Assembly (NCBI GenBank): GCA_965218975.1
Contig: OZ244717.1
Span: 1-64,000 of the forward strand
Source of the DNA: Candidatus Oxydemutatoraceae bacterium
GTDB taxonomy: Bacteria > Pseudomonadota > Gammaproteobacteria > Poriferisulfidales > Oxydemutatoraceae
Direction: 5' to 3'
Length of the DNA: 64,000 bases
The notes under the pieces are model-generated. The model saw only the letters and a program-made list of their open reading frames with translations. It had not been told where the DNA came from and did not search any database. Positions 19,521 to 31,005 of this stretch are shown piece by piece. Every line of letters starts with the position of its first letter. The stretch's first letter is position 1. Position numbers and translations under genes: made by a program.

Positions 19521-20729
19521 TTATGTTTGTTTACGTCTAGTAGCAAGCTTTAGGCGCAATGCATTAATCTCGATAAATCCGGTCGCCGCAGTCTGATTAT
19601 AAGCTCCGCCGTCGCTCTCAAAGCTAACAATGTTTTTATCAAACAAGGTCTGCCGGGATACTCTTCCCAACACGATTACATTTCCCTTAAACAATTTCAG
19701 CCTGACCGTACCGTTAACCGGCTCCTGAGTTTTGTCTACCATCTCCTGCAGGATCATACGCTCGTCACTCCACCAATATCCATTATAAACTAAATCAGCA
19801 TAACGCATTGCCAGCTCATCTTTCAAACGTTGTACTTGTCGGTCCAATGTTAGCGACTCGATTGCACGGTGCGCTTTGTATAACACGGTACCGCCAGGCG
19901 TTTCATAACAGCCTCTTGACTTCATTCCAATATAACGATTTTCAACCATATCAATACGACCGATACCATGTTGACCCGCAAGCGCATTTAATTGCGCGAG
20001 CAAATCTGCCGGCGACAAATGTTTGCCATTAAGTCCCACAGGATCGCCGCGCAAAAATTCTACTTTGATAACACTCGGTAAGTCAGCAACGTTTTCTAAC
20101 GAAGCGGTTCTTTGCCACATGCTTTCTTCCGGCGCTTGCCACGGATCCTCCAAAACGCCGCCTTCATAAGACGTGTGCAATATATTGGCATCTGTTGAGT
20201 ACGGTGGTTTGTCCGCATGTTTTTCAACTTCAATCCTTTGCTTCGCGGCGTATTCAAGCAAAGCGCTGCGCGAATCCAAATCCCACTCCCGCCATGGCGC
20301 AATGACACGTATCTCAGGATTTATCGCGTATGCGCTTAATTCAAACCGCACCTGATCGTTGCCCTTGCCGGTGGCGCCATGAGCAATTGCATCGGCATTA
20401 ACTGCGCGAGCGATTTCTACCAGACGTTTCGCAATCAAGGGTCTGGCAATTGCCGTACCGAGCAAATATTCGTCTTCATAAATTGCTCCGGCACGAAACA
20501 TCGGAAAGACAAAATCACTTACGAATTCTTCACGCAAATCCTCAACAAACACTTGCGACGCCAGCAATGTTTTTGCTTTTTCGGCAGCGGGAGCAACTTC
20601 TTCCCCCTGACCTATATCGGCGGTGAAAGTGCAAACTTCGCACTGGTACCGTTCTTGTAGCCATCTGAGAATAATGGATGTATCCAATCCTCCCGAATAA
20701 GCAAGAACAATTTTTTTGACTGTCGGCAT
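19521..20729 (-). CDS. argG: Argininosuccinate synthase
   Basis: [33 protein letters not shown]. Confidence 0.97.
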   Translation of the reverse strand: MPTVKKIVLAYSGGLDTSIILRWLQERYQCEVCTFTADIGQGEEVAPAAEKAKTLLASQVFVEDLREEFVSDFVFPMFRAGAIYEDEYLLGTAIARPLIAKRLVEIARAVNADAIAHGATGKGNDQVRFELSAYAINPEIRVIAPWREWDLDSRSALLEYAAKQRIEVEKHADKPPYSTDANILHTSYEGGVLEDPWQAPEESMWQRTASLENVADLPSVIKVEFLRGDPVGLNGKHLSPADLLAQLNALAGQHGIGRIDMVENRYIGMKSRGCYETPGGTVLYKAHRAIESLTLDRQVQRLKDELAMRYADLVYNGYWWSDERMILQEMVDKTQEPVNGTVRLKLFKGNVIVLGRVSRQTLFDKNIVSFESDGGAYNQTAATGFIEINALRLKLATRRKQT

Positions 20730-20791
20730 CTGTTTATTTCTACGGAAATGAAGTAGTCCCCTTATAATTTAATCAACAAAACAATGAAACT

Positions 20792-21877
20792 TTGCTATCA
20801 TACAAAAAACTCTTCATAAGCAAACCGTTGGATACCTTAATTCTCACTCGTCCGGACGATTGGCATGCACACTTTAGAAGCGGCACATTAATGCGGCTGA
20901 CAATACCTTATACCGCACATATCTTCGCCCGGGCAATCGCAATGCCCAATTTATTACCCCCTATCACCACTATCCCGCAGTGCTTGGAATACAAACGGCA
21001 TTTAGCGCGCTACGCTACAGAAAACTTTACTCCGTTAATGACATTGTATCTCACCGACACAATTTCAACTCAAACCATTGTTTCCGCCAAGCCTAATTCG
21101 GATAATTATAATTATATATTCGGTGCAAAGCTATACCCGCATGCAGCAACGACGAATGCGGAACATGGCGTGAAAGATCCGTTCGCGCTGATGCCGATAT
21201 TCGAAACGATGGCAAAGCAAAATCTCCCCTTACTCGTACATGGTGAAATTGTGGCGCCTGATATTGACATTTATGACCGAGAAGTTTTTTTTATCGATCG
21301 CATCCTGATGCCAATTCGAAAAGAATTCCCCACGCTAAAGATCGTTTTTGAACATATCACCACTCGAGAAGCAATCGCATTCGTACACGACAGTGAAAAC
21401 ATTGCCGCAACAATTACTCCACATCACTTATACTACAATCGCAATGCACTGTTCGACAAGGGATTAAGACCTCATCGCTATTGTCTGCCGCTTGCCAAAC
21501 GTGAAGACGACCGTTTAGCGCTAATCAATGCCGCATGCAGCGGCAATGCAAAGTTTTTTCTCGGTACCGACAGCGCGCCGCATGCACTTAAAGAAAAGCA
21601 TACGAGTTGTGGCTGTGCCGGAATCTTCAACGCTCCTTGCGCATTGGAAACTTGCGCTGAAATCTTTGAAGAGATGAATGCCCTTGAGCAATTAGAAAAA
21701 TTTGTCTCACTTAATGGCGCAAGTTTTTATGGTGTCGCTCTAAACAGCGAAAAAATTGTATTGCGCAAACGGCCTTGGAAAATGGCCGAAAAAATCGAAA
21801 ATGATGAGAATAAAAATACCAATGCGATTATACCTTTTCGCGCCGGTGAAACAGTCAGTTGGCAATACGTTAAATGA
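20792..21877 (+). CDS. pyrC: Dihydroorotase (class II)
   Basis: PDDWHAHFR, MPNL, KLYP.AATTN, EHITT, GTDSAPH; start may be TTG at 20828. Confidence 0.95.
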   Translation: MLSYKKLFISKPLDTLILTRPDDWHAHFRSGTLMRLTIPYTAHIFARAIAMPNLLPPITTIPQCLEYKRHLARYATENFTPLMTLYLTDTISTQTIVSAKPNSDNYNYIFGAKLYPHAATTNAEHGVKDPFALMPIFETMAKQNLPLLVHGEIVAPDIDIYDREVFFIDRILMPIRKEFPTLKIVFEHITTREAIAFVHDSENIAATITPHHLYYNRNALFDKGLRPHRYCLPLAKREDDRLALINAACSGNAKFFLGTDSAPHALKEKHTSCGCAGIFNAPCALETCAEIFEEMNALEQLEKFVSLNGASFYGVALNSEKIVLRKRPWKMAEKIENDENKNTNAIIPFRAGETVSWQYVK

Positions 21878-22476
21878 TTCGGGACCGATTGCGCAATTTC
21901 TTGCCGGTAATCATTGATGTCGAAACCGGAGGCTTTAATGAAGTAAACGATGCTTTGCTTGAAATTGCCGCCATTATCATTGAAATGAACCACCGTGGGC
22001 AATTCTCACACGGAAAATCTTTCTTCTGTCCGGTACAACCGTTTGACGGTGCTAAGCTTGATCAGGCGGCATTAAAAATTAACAAAATTGATCCGTTCAA
22101 TCCTAATCGCAATGCTTTGCCCGAAAGCGAAGCGTTGCAGCAGTTATTTAATCTCATTAATATTGAATTAAACAACCATCACTGCACTCTTGCCATCTTG
22201 GTCGGGCATAACGCATTCTTTGATCTTAAATTTTTAAATGCTGCTGCCAAACGATGCAATTTAGACAGTCCTTTTCACTCTTTCTGCAGTCTTGATACAG
22301 TCACATTAGGCGCATTGGCTTATGGACAGACAGTATTGTCTAAAATTGCGACAGCGGCAAACATTCCGTGGGATAGTAACAAGGCGCATCGCGCCGACTA
22401 TGACGCAAAAATCACTGCCAATATATTTTGTAATGTATTTAACCGCTGGGAATCTTTAGATAATAAACCATGCTGA
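21874..22476 (+). CDS. rnt: Ribonuclease T
   Basis: DVETGG, GHNAFFD, GQTVL, H.A.YD (DEDDh); pyrC-rnt synteny. Confidence 0.93.
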   Translation: MIRDRLRNFLPVIIDVETGGFNEVNDALLEIAAIIIEMNHRGQFSHGKSFFCPVQPFDGAKLDQAALKINKIDPFNPNRNALPESEALQQLFNLINIELNNHHCTLAILVGHNAFFDLKFLNAAAKRCNLDSPFHSFCSLDTVTLGALAYGQTVLSKIATAANIPWDSNKAHRADYDAKITANIFCNVFNRWESLDNKPC

Positions 22477-24491
22477 GGGAATTATTTTATCCGTATACCG
22501 TTATCTGTTTGATTTTAACGGGAACCATTTCTGACACTGATGCCAATAACTATTGTCCTTCATCCCAAAAGGATATCGCGCAAGACACCCTAAAAATCAC
22601 CGCCGATCAGTTGACCGGACGACTTGACGGAAATGCCGGATTGAAAGGGAAAGTTCAGCTACAGAAAGGCAACAGCCGCTTGCGGGCAAATCAAATTCGC
22701 TACAACTCCGACACTCAAACCGTTCGAGCGCAAGGCGATGTGCAATATACCAGCTGCAATATTACAAACCCCGATTGGTTTATTGCCGCCGATCAACTCA
22801 CTTTGGATACCGATCAGGTCATGGCAAAAAACGCATGGTTCGTTTGGAACAACGTACCGATTATATATTTTCCTCGTTATAGAATGTCACTGAACAATCA
22901 ACGTAAAAGTGGTTTTTTAACTCCCGGATTTAACCAAAACAGCTCCCGCGGGTGGGGAATAGACGCACCTTTTTATTTCAATCTCGCACCAAACTATGAT
23001 GCCGTATTCACGCCGCGCTGGTTAACACGGCGCGGACTGCAATTTGATAGCGAGTATCGCTATCTGCTACCGTTCGGTAAGGGCCGAGTTCAAGGCGACT
23101 GGCTAGATGACCGGCGATATCCCGATGACCGTTATGCCTACTCCTTCGAGCACGATAAAGTGAGTAAAAAAACCCAACTGCGAATGCGCTACCAGCGAGT
23201 ATCCGACAAAGAGTATATTGATGACTTTGGCGGGTCTCTACAATCATATTACGACAGCTATCTCCGTAGTTATATGCAATTAAACCATGTTTGGAAAGGG
23301 TGGCAAATAAACTTTTTGAGTGAAACACTACAAGATGCGGATAAACGTTTCAACGAAACCGGCCGCCCTTATGAACGCCGCCCTAGTCTCGCATTACAAC
23401 GACGATTTTTCTCAAGTGCCAGTGGTGAATGGAACTTTCAAGCCGATTTGACCGAATTTGATTATCGCGGTAATGAAGAGGACAAAATCAGCGGTCTTCG
23501 ATCGGACAACTTCCTAAAATGGCAGCTACCTTGGCGCCGACCCGGATTTCATTTCACTCCGGCGGTAAACGTCCGCTACACTTACTATGACATCAATCGC
23601 AAAAATAACACACACTTTCGGGAGTATCCCGATGGCATCCTGCGTCGTACTGTACCTAGCATGAGCCTACGCACCGGACTGATTTTTGAAAAAAATCGAG
23701 CAAAATACAAGCACACATTGGAACCGGAACTGTATTATTTGTATGTCCCTTACAGAAAACAAGCCAACATCCCGATTTACGATACCACCGAACCCGAATT
23801 CAGATTTAACGAGCTGTTCCGTGATAATCGTTTCCGCGGCGCAGACCGCATTGCCGATGCCAATCAGTTAAGCGTCGCACTGACGCATCGTATTCTCCAC
23901 AGCGAAAGCGGTAAAGAAATATTGCGTGCGAGTCTCGGGCGAATTTTTTATTTTCGCAATAATCGTGTCGCTCTAGACCGTCTAGACCGAACAGACGGTT
24001 CGGAATCGGATATTGCAATGGAATTTATGTTCCGCTTAAACCAAAAGCTGAGTTTCAATAACACTTATGTTTGGGATACCGATATTGATAGAGCCAGCCG
24101 GATAATCAACCGTCTCTCGCTCAATGCCAAAAAAAACAGGATTATCAATTTGTCCCATCGCTACCGGCGCGGCGGATATCGACAATTCGGAATAAACTTC
24201 AGCTTGCCGCTATTGAAACAATGGCGGATATTCGGCGGCTGGAATCGTGACACAATGAATCATCAGGACCTACTGACTCTTGCAGGTTTTGAATACCAAT
24301 CATGTTGTTGGAAAATGCGCCTGCTAGGACAAAAGTTCCTGAAAAATCTGGACGGCGACGGTACGTTAGCGAATGGTAATAAAGATTATGACACATCCGT
24401 CGGGATTGATTTTAGTTTTTACAGCATTGGCAACTCAAACAGTAACGTGCCGGATATTTTGGAGAAGAAAATCAGTGGTTATAGCGGATAA
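22470..24491 (+). CDS. lptD: LPS-assembly protein LptD
   Basis: YTSC, RKSGFL.P, YFNLAPNYD, GADRIADAN, YQSCCW. Confidence 0.93.
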   Translation: MLRELFYPYTVICLILTGTISDTDANNYCPSSQKDIAQDTLKITADQLTGRLDGNAGLKGKVQLQKGNSRLRANQIRYNSDTQTVRAQGDVQYTSCNITNPDWFIAADQLTLDTDQVMAKNAWFVWNNVPIIYFPRYRMSLNNQRKSGFLTPGFNQNSSRGWGIDAPFYFNLAPNYDAVFTPRWLTRRGLQFDSEYRYLLPFGKGRVQGDWLDDRRYPDDRYAYSFEHDKVSKKTQLRMRYQRVSDKEYIDDFGGSLQSYYDSYLRSYMQLNHVWKGWQINFLSETLQDADKRFNETGRPYERRPSLALQRRFFSSASGEWNFQADLTEFDYRGNEEDKISGLRSDNFLKWQLPWRRPGFHFTPAVNVRYTYYDINRKNNTHFREYPDGILRRTVPSMSLRTGLIFEKNRAKYKHTLEPELYYLYVPYRKQANIPIYDTTEPEFRFNELFRDNRFRGADRIADANQLSVALTHRILHSESGKEILRASLGRIFYFRNNRVALDRLDRTDGSESDIAMEFMFRLNQKLSFNNTYVWDTDIDRASRIINRLSLNAKKNRIINLSHRYRRGGYRQFGINFSLPLLKQWRIFGGWNRDTMNHQDLLTLAGFEYQSCCWKMRLLGQKFLKNLDGDGTLANGNKDYDTSVGIDFSFYSIGNSNSNVPDILEKKISGYSG

Positions 24492-25873
24492 TGAAAATAA
24501 CTTTTAGGCAATATCGAATTTTAATCAGTCAAGCAGTGTGGTTTGCGTGCGTCTTTCTCTCACCCTCCTTATATTCCGAAGAGTTGTTGGACAGCATTGT
24601 CGCCATTGTTGACAATGAAACCATCACGCAACGTGAATTGAGCCGAAATCTTGCGAATGCCAAAGCGGCTTTGAAGAAACAAAACATTACGGCGGTCGAT
24701 GACAAAATATTGCTTGCTCAAACTCTACAACAATTAATCACGCGAAAATTACAATTACAGGAAGCGAAAAGATTGAACATCAGTATTGATGAAATCACGC
24801 TTGATCGTGCAATCGTGCAAATGGCGCAAAACTATCAAATGACTCTTGACCAGTTCAGACAACGCATACATAGCGAAGGAGGAGATTATGAAGCCGCGCG
24901 TGAACAAATACATGAACAGCTGACAATCACTCGCTTGGTGCAGCGCGAAGTCATCAACAAAATGGAAGTTAGCGAAGAGGAAATTAAAAACTATCTGACG
25001 GAAAAAAGTAATCTGACTCAGGAAAAATCCGAATACCACTTAGCGCATTGGAAAACCGTCCCACGCAGTAGCGATAAATCTGTTACGAACCTGTATAAGT
25101 TAGCCGCCATACGCTTGAGAAACATATTAACCGACGAAAGTATTACTTCATTCGCGCGCTTAAAACGACGCAGTCGCAACATCTGGAGCGAATTTTGGCG
25201 CTCACGCGGATACGCTACAGGAAAATCCGACGTAAAAAAAGAGCAAAAACTCCCTATCCCACGCTATACGCTTGTTGACCTCGGCTGGAAAAAATCCGAA
25301 GAGTTATCCGAAACAATGCGCAAACATATTCGCGCAATCAATACCGGTGAAGGAACTACCGTCATAGCGAATAGTAAAAGCTTGAATTGGTTCTATCTGT
25401 TCGGTGTCAGAAACAGAAATCATAGTATGAAGAAAAAGCAATATCATATACGGCACATTCTACTGCAAACAAATCCTTTAGAAGACGAAAGTACCGTCCG
25501 AGAACGACTCGTCAAAATGAAAAGAGCAATTGAAAAAAATGGTGACTTCAAAGCATTTGCAAGGAAATACTCGCAAGATCGGGGCAGCTCATTCAAAGGA
25601 GGAGATTTGGGTTGGAACGATCCAAAGAATTTTGTCGCTGAGTTTGCCTCAGCAATTACACAGGCCGGTGGCGGCAAAGGTGTCGTCGGACCGTTTAAGA
25701 GTAGCTTTGGTTGGCATCTGCTTGAGGTTCTGGGAGAACGCGAACAAGATGTCGGCGATGAAATGGCGCGCCATGAAGCGATTGCGGAAATCAAAAAAAA
25801 CAAATTAGCGGAGGAACAACGTTTGTGGTTGTTAAACCTCAGAGAAAATCACCACATTGAAGTTCGGTTATAG
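24491..25873 (+). CDS. surA: Periplasmic chaperone/PPIase SurA
   Basis: LDSIVAIVD, RHILL, YSQD.GS..GGDLGW, FGWHL; lptD-surA-pdxA order. Confidence 0.9.
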   Translation: MKITFRQYRILISQAVWFACVFLSPSLYSEELLDSIVAIVDNETITQRELSRNLANAKAALKKQNITAVDDKILLAQTLQQLITRKLQLQEAKRLNISIDEITLDRAIVQMAQNYQMTLDQFRQRIHSEGGDYEAAREQIHEQLTITRLVQREVINKMEVSEEEIKNYLTEKSNLTQEKSEYHLAHWKTVPRSSDKSVTNLYKLAAIRLRNILTDESITSFARLKRRSRNIWSEFWRSRGYATGKSDVKKEQKLPIPRYTLVDLGWKKSEELSETMRKHIRAINTGEGTTVIANSKSLNWFYLFGVRNRNHSMKKKQYHIRHILLQTNPLEDESTVRERLVKMKRAIEKNGDFKAFARKYSQDRGSSFKGGDLGWNDPKNFVAEFASAITQAGGGKGVVGPFKSSFGWHLLEVLGEREQDVGDEMARHEAIAEIKKNKLAEEQRLWLLNLRENHHIEVRL

Positions 25874-25894
25874 CTTGCTTAAAGTGATTCTACA

Positions 25895-26875
25895 ATGAAA
25901 CTTGTTTTGACGAGCGGCGATCCCGCGGGGATCGGGCCGGATATTGTATTGTCATTGGCAAATATAGCTTTCCCATCGGCATTAACCGTCGTCGGCGATA
26001 TTGATTTCCTTGAGCAACGTGCCATCGCGCTCGGACTCAATGTTAAACTGCATCAAAAAGATAACTTGACAAGTCTGCATGCAGGTAACGGAACACTATG
26101 CGTACATCATGTTCCGCTGAAGGCCACCGTAACCGCAGGTATTCCCGACGCACGCCATGCGGAGTATGTTTTACGGCAAGTTGATTTTGCAATAGAAGAA
26201 AACTTAAATCATACATTTGACGCCATGGTGACCGCTCCTCTGAGCAAATCGGTGATCAATCAGGCAGGTATTTCCTTTTATGGACACACTGAGTATCTGG
26301 CATGGCGCTGCGCCACAGCTTCGGTAATGATGTTGGCCAACGGCACTCAATTACGCATTGCACTGGTCACAACACATTTGCCAATACGCGAGGTTGCTTC
26401 CGCCATTACTGCTGAAAAATTTAAAATTACCGTAGTAACTTTGTACCAAGGGCTAAAAAAATACTGCGGTTTAACGGATCCGATTATCGGTATCTGCGGG
26501 CTCAATCCTCATGCCGGGGAACAAGGTCACCTAGGCGATGAAGAAATAAATATTTTGCAGCCAGTCATAAATCAGCTAAAACGGCAAGGGTTAAATCTGT
26601 CCGAACCCATACCTGCTGATACGGTTTTTACCAAATATCAGTCAATAAAGTTCGATGCCATTGTCGCAATGTTTCATGACCAAGCGTTACCCGTCATAAA
26701 ACATGCCGGCTTTGGCAACACTGTAAATGTTACTCTTGGGCTACCTTTCCTACGGACCTCGGTTGATCACGGCACTGCGTTTGAATTGGCCGGTAAAGGC
26801 ACCGCCTCTAATTCAAGCCTGATCGCCGCAATCAATTGGACGCAACAAGCACTGATTCATGCCGGCACGCAATAG
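25895..26875 (+). CDS. pdxA: 4-hydroxythreonine-4-phosphate dehydrogenase
   Basis: GDPAGIGP, GHTE, GLNPHAGE, MFHDQ, RTSVDHGTA. Confidence 0.96.
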   Translation: MKLVLTSGDPAGIGPDIVLSLANIAFPSALTVVGDIDFLEQRAIALGLNVKLHQKDNLTSLHAGNGTLCVHHVPLKATVTAGIPDARHAEYVLRQVDFAIEENLNHTFDAMVTAPLSKSVINQAGISFYGHTEYLAWRCATASVMMLANGTQLRIALVTTHLPIREVASAITAEKFKITVVTLYQGLKKYCGLTDPIIGICGLNPHAGEQGHLGDEEINILQPVINQLKRQGLNLSEPIPADTVFTKYQSIKFDAIVAMFHDQALPVIKHAGFGNTVNVTLGLPFLRTSVDHGTAFELAGKGTASNSSLIAAINWTQQALIHAGTQ

Positions 26876-27647
26876 TCAACCGCGCAAACGCTGGGGGCAA
26901 CACTTTTTAAACGATATAATAGTGATCGAAAAAATTATCGCAGCCGTACAACCATGCCCCGAGGATACGATTGTTGAAATTGGCCCCGGCAAAGGCGCTT
27001 TGACCGCTCCGCTGTTGCAGAAAGCAACTGTCATAGATGCAATTGAGATTGACAGGGACCTGTCAGCTCAACTACGAGATCAGTTCGGAAGGGGGTTGAA
27101 TTTGCATACGGCGGATGTGTTGGATTTTGATTTCAATCAAATTCATCCCGGAAAAAACCTGACCATTGTCGGTAATCTACCGTACAACGTCTCTACTCCG
27201 ATATTGTTTCATCTGATAAACTTCATTGATCGCATTAGTAACATGTACCTGATGTTGCAGCTGGAAGTTGCCGCACGTCTAGTTGCATTAGCCGGCACAA
27301 AAAAATATTCGAGAATTAGTGTGATACTAGCATGTTTTGCCAAAACTAAATTATTGTTTGAAATCGACCCCGAGGTATTTACGCCTCGTCCGGAAGTCAC
27401 ATCCGCTTTCATCCATATCGTGCCGCAGCCCCAACCATTGCTGGCTGACTCCAATCAGCGTAAGAAATTGGAGCATATTGTGCAACGAGCATTTACCCAT
27501 CGCCGCAAGATCTTGGCAAAAGCTTATCGGGGAATGTTTGATATTGAGCAACTGATGTCACTCGGGATTGATCCGACCGCTAGACCCGAAACTTTAACTC
27601 CTGAAAATTTTATTGATATGCTAAAATACACTAATTATGGTAGATGA
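26859..27647 (+). CDS. rsmA: 16S rRNA m6(2)A dimethyltransferase
   Basis: GQHFL, EIGPG.G, GNLPYN. Confidence 0.95.
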   Translation: MPARNSQPRKRWGQHFLNDIIVIEKIIAAVQPCPEDTIVEIGPGKGALTAPLLQKATVIDAIEIDRDLSAQLRDQFGRGLNLHTADVLDFDFNQIHPGKNLTIVGNLPYNVSTPILFHLINFIDRISNMYLMLQLEVAARLVALAGTKKYSRISVILACFAKTKLLFEIDPEVFTPRPEVTSAFIHIVPQPQPLLADSNQRKKLEHIVQRAFTHRRKILAKAYRGMFDIEQLMSLGIDPTARPETLTPENFIDMLKYTNYGR

Positions 27648-28017
27648 TACCCACAAAATTTATGTTGACGTCACCACTCGTTTCCTAGAAACAGAATCCG
27701 ATATTGAAAGCGGTCGTTATGTATTTGCTTACACAATTACCATTAAAAATAGAGGGAAAGTCGGCGCACAGTTGATTTCACGGCATTGGATTATTACTGA
27801 CTCCAATGAAAAGATTCAGGAGGTACGGGGAGAGGGTGTCGTCGGAGAGCAGCCTTACTTGAACCCAGGCGATTCATTTCGCTATACCAGCGGCACACTC
27901 ATCGAAACGCCGGTCGGAACAATGCGCGGTTCTTACCAAATGATTGCCGAAGACGGTAGCGCATTCGATACCGAGATTGCCGAATTTATGCTTGCAGCAC
28001 CGCGGGTTCTACACTAA
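27637..28017 (+). CDS. apaG: ApaG protein
   Basis: FAYTITI, RHWIIT, GEGVVGEQP. Confidence 0.95.
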   Translation: MVDDTHKIYVDVTTRFLETESDIESGRYVFAYTITIKNRGKVGAQLISRHWIITDSNEKIQEVRGEGVVGEQPYLNPGDSFRYTSGTLIETPVGTMRGSYQMIAEDGSAFDTEIAEFMLAAPRVLH

Positions 28018-28035
28018 ATAACCCTAAACGACTCT

Positions 28036-28863
28036 ATGAGTATTTATGCCGTTGGTGATGTCCAAGGCTGTTTTGACGCGCTAACAAAATTACTCAAGCA
28101 CATCGCGTTTAATCCGCAAAACGACGAAGTGTGGTTTGTCGGAGATTTAGTTAACCGCGGTGAACAGTCCCTCGAAGTGTTACGCTTTATTAAAGGCCTA
28201 AACAACAGTGCTCGCTGTGTACTCGGCAACCATGATATTTTTTTATTGAGAATTGCTGCCGGTCTCGTAGAACCTCCAAAAGATGGTTCGCTCAATGCGG
28301 TCTTAGAAAGCCCGGACTGTGCTGAATTGATCAATTGGTTGCGGCATCGCCCGCTGATGCTGCTTGACAATACACGCAAACTGGCAATCATCCATGCCGG
28401 ACTTATTCCGGCCTGGAATTTAACCACCGCAAAAAGCTTGGCAGAAAAAATTGAACGCAAATTACAAAGTCATAATGTATCCGAATACCGCGCGTTCCTT
28501 GCCGGCATCAACTCCATCACGCCCGACCGTTGGCAATCGTCAATGAACGAAGAAACTCAGCAATATGCCGCATTAAACGCATTGACACGATTGCGTTACT
28601 GTGACAAAAACGGAACCATGGCTCTGGCACATAAGGAACCTCCCGGTAAACAACCCCCACAACTTAAGCCTTGGTTTGAATGGAAGCATTATCGCGGCAA
28701 TAGTTTTACTGTCGTCATCGGGCACTGGGCATCATTAGGATTTATCCGTCAGCCAGGGGTTATCGCGATTGACACAGGTTGCGTCTGGAAACAATGGAGC
28801 GGGACCCTCACCGCTTATCGCTTGGATCATGGCCGGGAAAAACGGTTTAGTACTCCTTGCTAA
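28036..28863 (+). CDS. apaH: Symmetrical diadenosine tetraphosphatase
   Basis: GDVQGC, GDLVNRG, LGNHD, HAG, GHW, DTGCVW. Confidence 0.95.
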   Translation: MSIYAVGDVQGCFDALTKLLKHIAFNPQNDEVWFVGDLVNRGEQSLEVLRFIKGLNNSARCVLGNHDIFLLRIAAGLVEPPKDGSLNAVLESPDCAELINWLRHRPLMLLDNTRKLAIIHAGLIPAWNLTTAKSLAEKIERKLQSHNVSEYRAFLAGINSITPDRWQSSMNEETQQYAALNALTRLRYCDKNGTMALAHKEPPGKQPPQLKPWFEWKHYRGNSFTVVIGHWASLGFIRQPGVIAIDTGCVWKQWSGTLTAYRLDHGREKRFSTPC

Positions 28864-29367
28864 AAACGTTTTATTACTACCCGCTCTTCTACGCAAAACA
28901 ATAAAGTCCATGTCAAATTCATTGTTTTCATCACGCGTATGATGTCGATGGCTTAAGCTGTCCCACTCATCTATATTGAGTTTGGGGAAAAAAAGATCTC
29001 CCTTAGATTCAACCGCGACTATAGTTAAATAAATAGTCTTCACCAACGGCAAAAAATGTTGATAGACTTGGACACCGCCGATGGCAATACATTCTTCGCC
29101 GCCAATCAATTCGGACAAGTGTTCAACTGAATTGGTCACTTCAGCGCCTGAAGCGATAAACGACGCGTTACGACTGAGCACGATGTTGCGTCGCTGCGGT
29201 AGCGGACGCAACGGCAAACTCAACCAAGTCTTACGCCCCATTACCACAGTTTTATTCAGCGTGGTCCGCTTGAAATTTCGCAAATCCTCCGATAAGCGCC
29301 ATGGCAAGCTGCCCCGCACTCCGATCACGGCATTGCGCGCACAAGCAACTATCAGTGAAACATTCAT
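28735..29367 (-). CDS. folA: Dihydrofolate reductase with C-terminal extension overlapping apaH
   Basis: VIG..GSLPW, MGRKTW, PLP.R.NIVLS, IGG, GD.FFP. Confidence 0.93.
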   Translation of the reverse strand: MNVSLIVACARNAVIGVRGSLPWRLSEDLRNFKRTTLNKTVVMGRKTWLSLPLRPLPQRRNIVLSRNASFIASGAEVTNSVEHLSELIGGEECIAIGGVQVYQHFLPLVKTIYLTIVAVESKGDLFFPKLNIDEWDSLSHRHHTRDENNEFDMDFIVLRRRAGSNKTFLARSTKPFFPAMIQAISGEGPAPLFPDATCVNRDNPWLTDKS

Positions 29368-30158
29368 ACCGCTACCGGAGCCGCAATCATCGGATGCGGC
29401 GTATAGTTTTGCAGATCAAAATCATCGTACTCAAAAGCAAATAAATCCAGGATTCGATGGTTGATAACAACTGTCGGCAATGCCCGAACCGGACGATTTA
29501 GCTGTACTTTCACTTGTTCAATATGATTCTCATATAAATGAACATCACCAAATGTATGAATAAACCGACCAAGGTGCAATTGGCAAACTTGAGCTACCAT
29601 CATCGTTAGCAGAGCATAAGATGCGATATTAAAAGGTACTCCAAGAAAAATATCGGCACTGCGTTGGTACAACTGGCAGGATAATTTTCCGTCATCCACA
29701 TAAAACTGAAACAACAGATGGCACGGCGGCAATTTCATTTGCTCCAATTCGCCGACATTCCAAGCGCTGACAATCAACCGCCTCGAATAAGGGTTTTGTC
29801 GAATTTGCATAACCACATCGTGCAGTTGATCAATGATGCGCCCATCGGACGCCTGCCACGAACGCCATTGGCGTCCGTAAATCGGACCTAACTCACCGTT
29901 TTCATCCGCCCATTCGTCCCATATAGTCACACCGTTGCGGTTTAAGTAAGCCACATTGGTTTCACCTCGTATAAACCACAATAATTCGTACAACATTGAT
30001 TTGAAATGTATTTTTTTGGTGGTTAGCAGCGGAAACCCTTGCGTCAAGTCACAAATCAACTGTTGACCGAACAAGGAACGTGCGCCGGTACCGGTGCGGT
30101 CTACGCGATAATTCCCTTTTTGCAATACCCGGTTGATCAATTCAAGATATTGTTTCAC
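29364..30158 (-). CDS. thyA: Thymidylate synthase
   Basis: DRTGTG, LPPCH, YQRSAD.FLGVPFN, HLYENH. Confidence 0.97.
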   Translation of the reverse strand: MKQYLELINRVLQKGNYRVDRTGTGARSLFGQQLICDLTQGFPLLTTKKIHFKSMLYELLWFIRGETNVAYLNRNGVTIWDEWADENGELGPIYGRQWRSWQASDGRIIDQLHDVVMQIRQNPYSRRLIVSAWNVGELEQMKLPPCHLLFQFYVDDGKLSCQLYQRSADIFLGVPFNIASYALLTMMVAQVCQLHLGRFIHTFGDVHLYENHIEQVKVQLNRPVRALPTVVINHRILDLFAFEYDDFDLQNYTPHPMIAAPVAV

Positions 30159-30946
30159 GATTTTACCGTTTGATTTTGACGTGACAAATAAATCAAAAGT
30201 ATGCCGACCACAAACAATGGAATTGAAAGCAACTGCCCCATTGTTAACCAGCCTCCGGCAATAAATCGAAGATGGGTATCAGGTTCGCGTACAAACTCAA
30301 TTAAAAATCGTATTGTCGCATACAAAATTGCAAACAAGGCGGTAACTCTACCGCAAGCGCGTGGTTTAGATGCGTAAACCCATAATACAATAAACAAAAA
30401 TACACCTTCAAAAATCGCTTCATATAGCTGCGAAGGATGACGCGGCAATGTGTCGACATGCGGAAAAACCATCGCCCAAGGTAAATCGCTAGGGCGGCCC
30501 CATAGCTCACCGTTAATGAAATTGCCGACCCTGCCGGCCGCCAACCCAATCGGAATTTGAGGGACACAAAAATCGACAATTTTTAGAAAGTTTTGCCGAT
30601 GCTTACGCGCAAATAGCCACAATGCGGATAACACACCGCATACCCCCCCATGGAAACTCATCCCTCCTTCCCAAACACGAAATAATACGGTCCAATCACG
30701 CACAAACCATTCAAAATGATAAAACAAAATATACCCCAGCCGTCCCCCGATAATGACCCCTATCACACCGTAAAACAATATATCACCGACCCAATCCGGT
30801 TGAATATCCGGCGATAGATGAGTTGCTCGCCACAAACCCAATACCCAAAACGATAAAAAGCCTATAACATACATCATGCCGTACCAATGAAAATTGATAC
30901 TGCCGATTGAAAACATAATCGGTGATAATTGGGGAAACTCAAGCAT
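30155..30946 (-). CDS. lgt: Prolipoprotein diacylglyceryl transferase
   Basis: [36 protein letters not shown]. Confidence 0.96.
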   Translation of the reverse strand: MLEFPQLSPIMFSIGSINFHWYGMMYVIGFLSFWVLGLWRATHLSPDIQPDWVGDILFYGVIGVIIGGRLGYILFYHFEWFVRDWTVLFRVWEGGMSFHGGVCGVLSALWLFARKHRQNFLKIVDFCVPQIPIGLAAGRVGNFINGELWGRPSDLPWAMVFPHVDTLPRHPSQLYEAIFEGVFLFIVLWVYASKPRACGRVTALFAILYATIRFLIEFVREPDTHLRFIAGGWLTMGQLLSIPLFVVGILLIYLSRQNQTVKS

Positions 30947-31005
30947 CTTCTCATTATACTAATAAAATATCGATACTATTTATAACGCGAATCTGAGAAT
31001 GAAAA

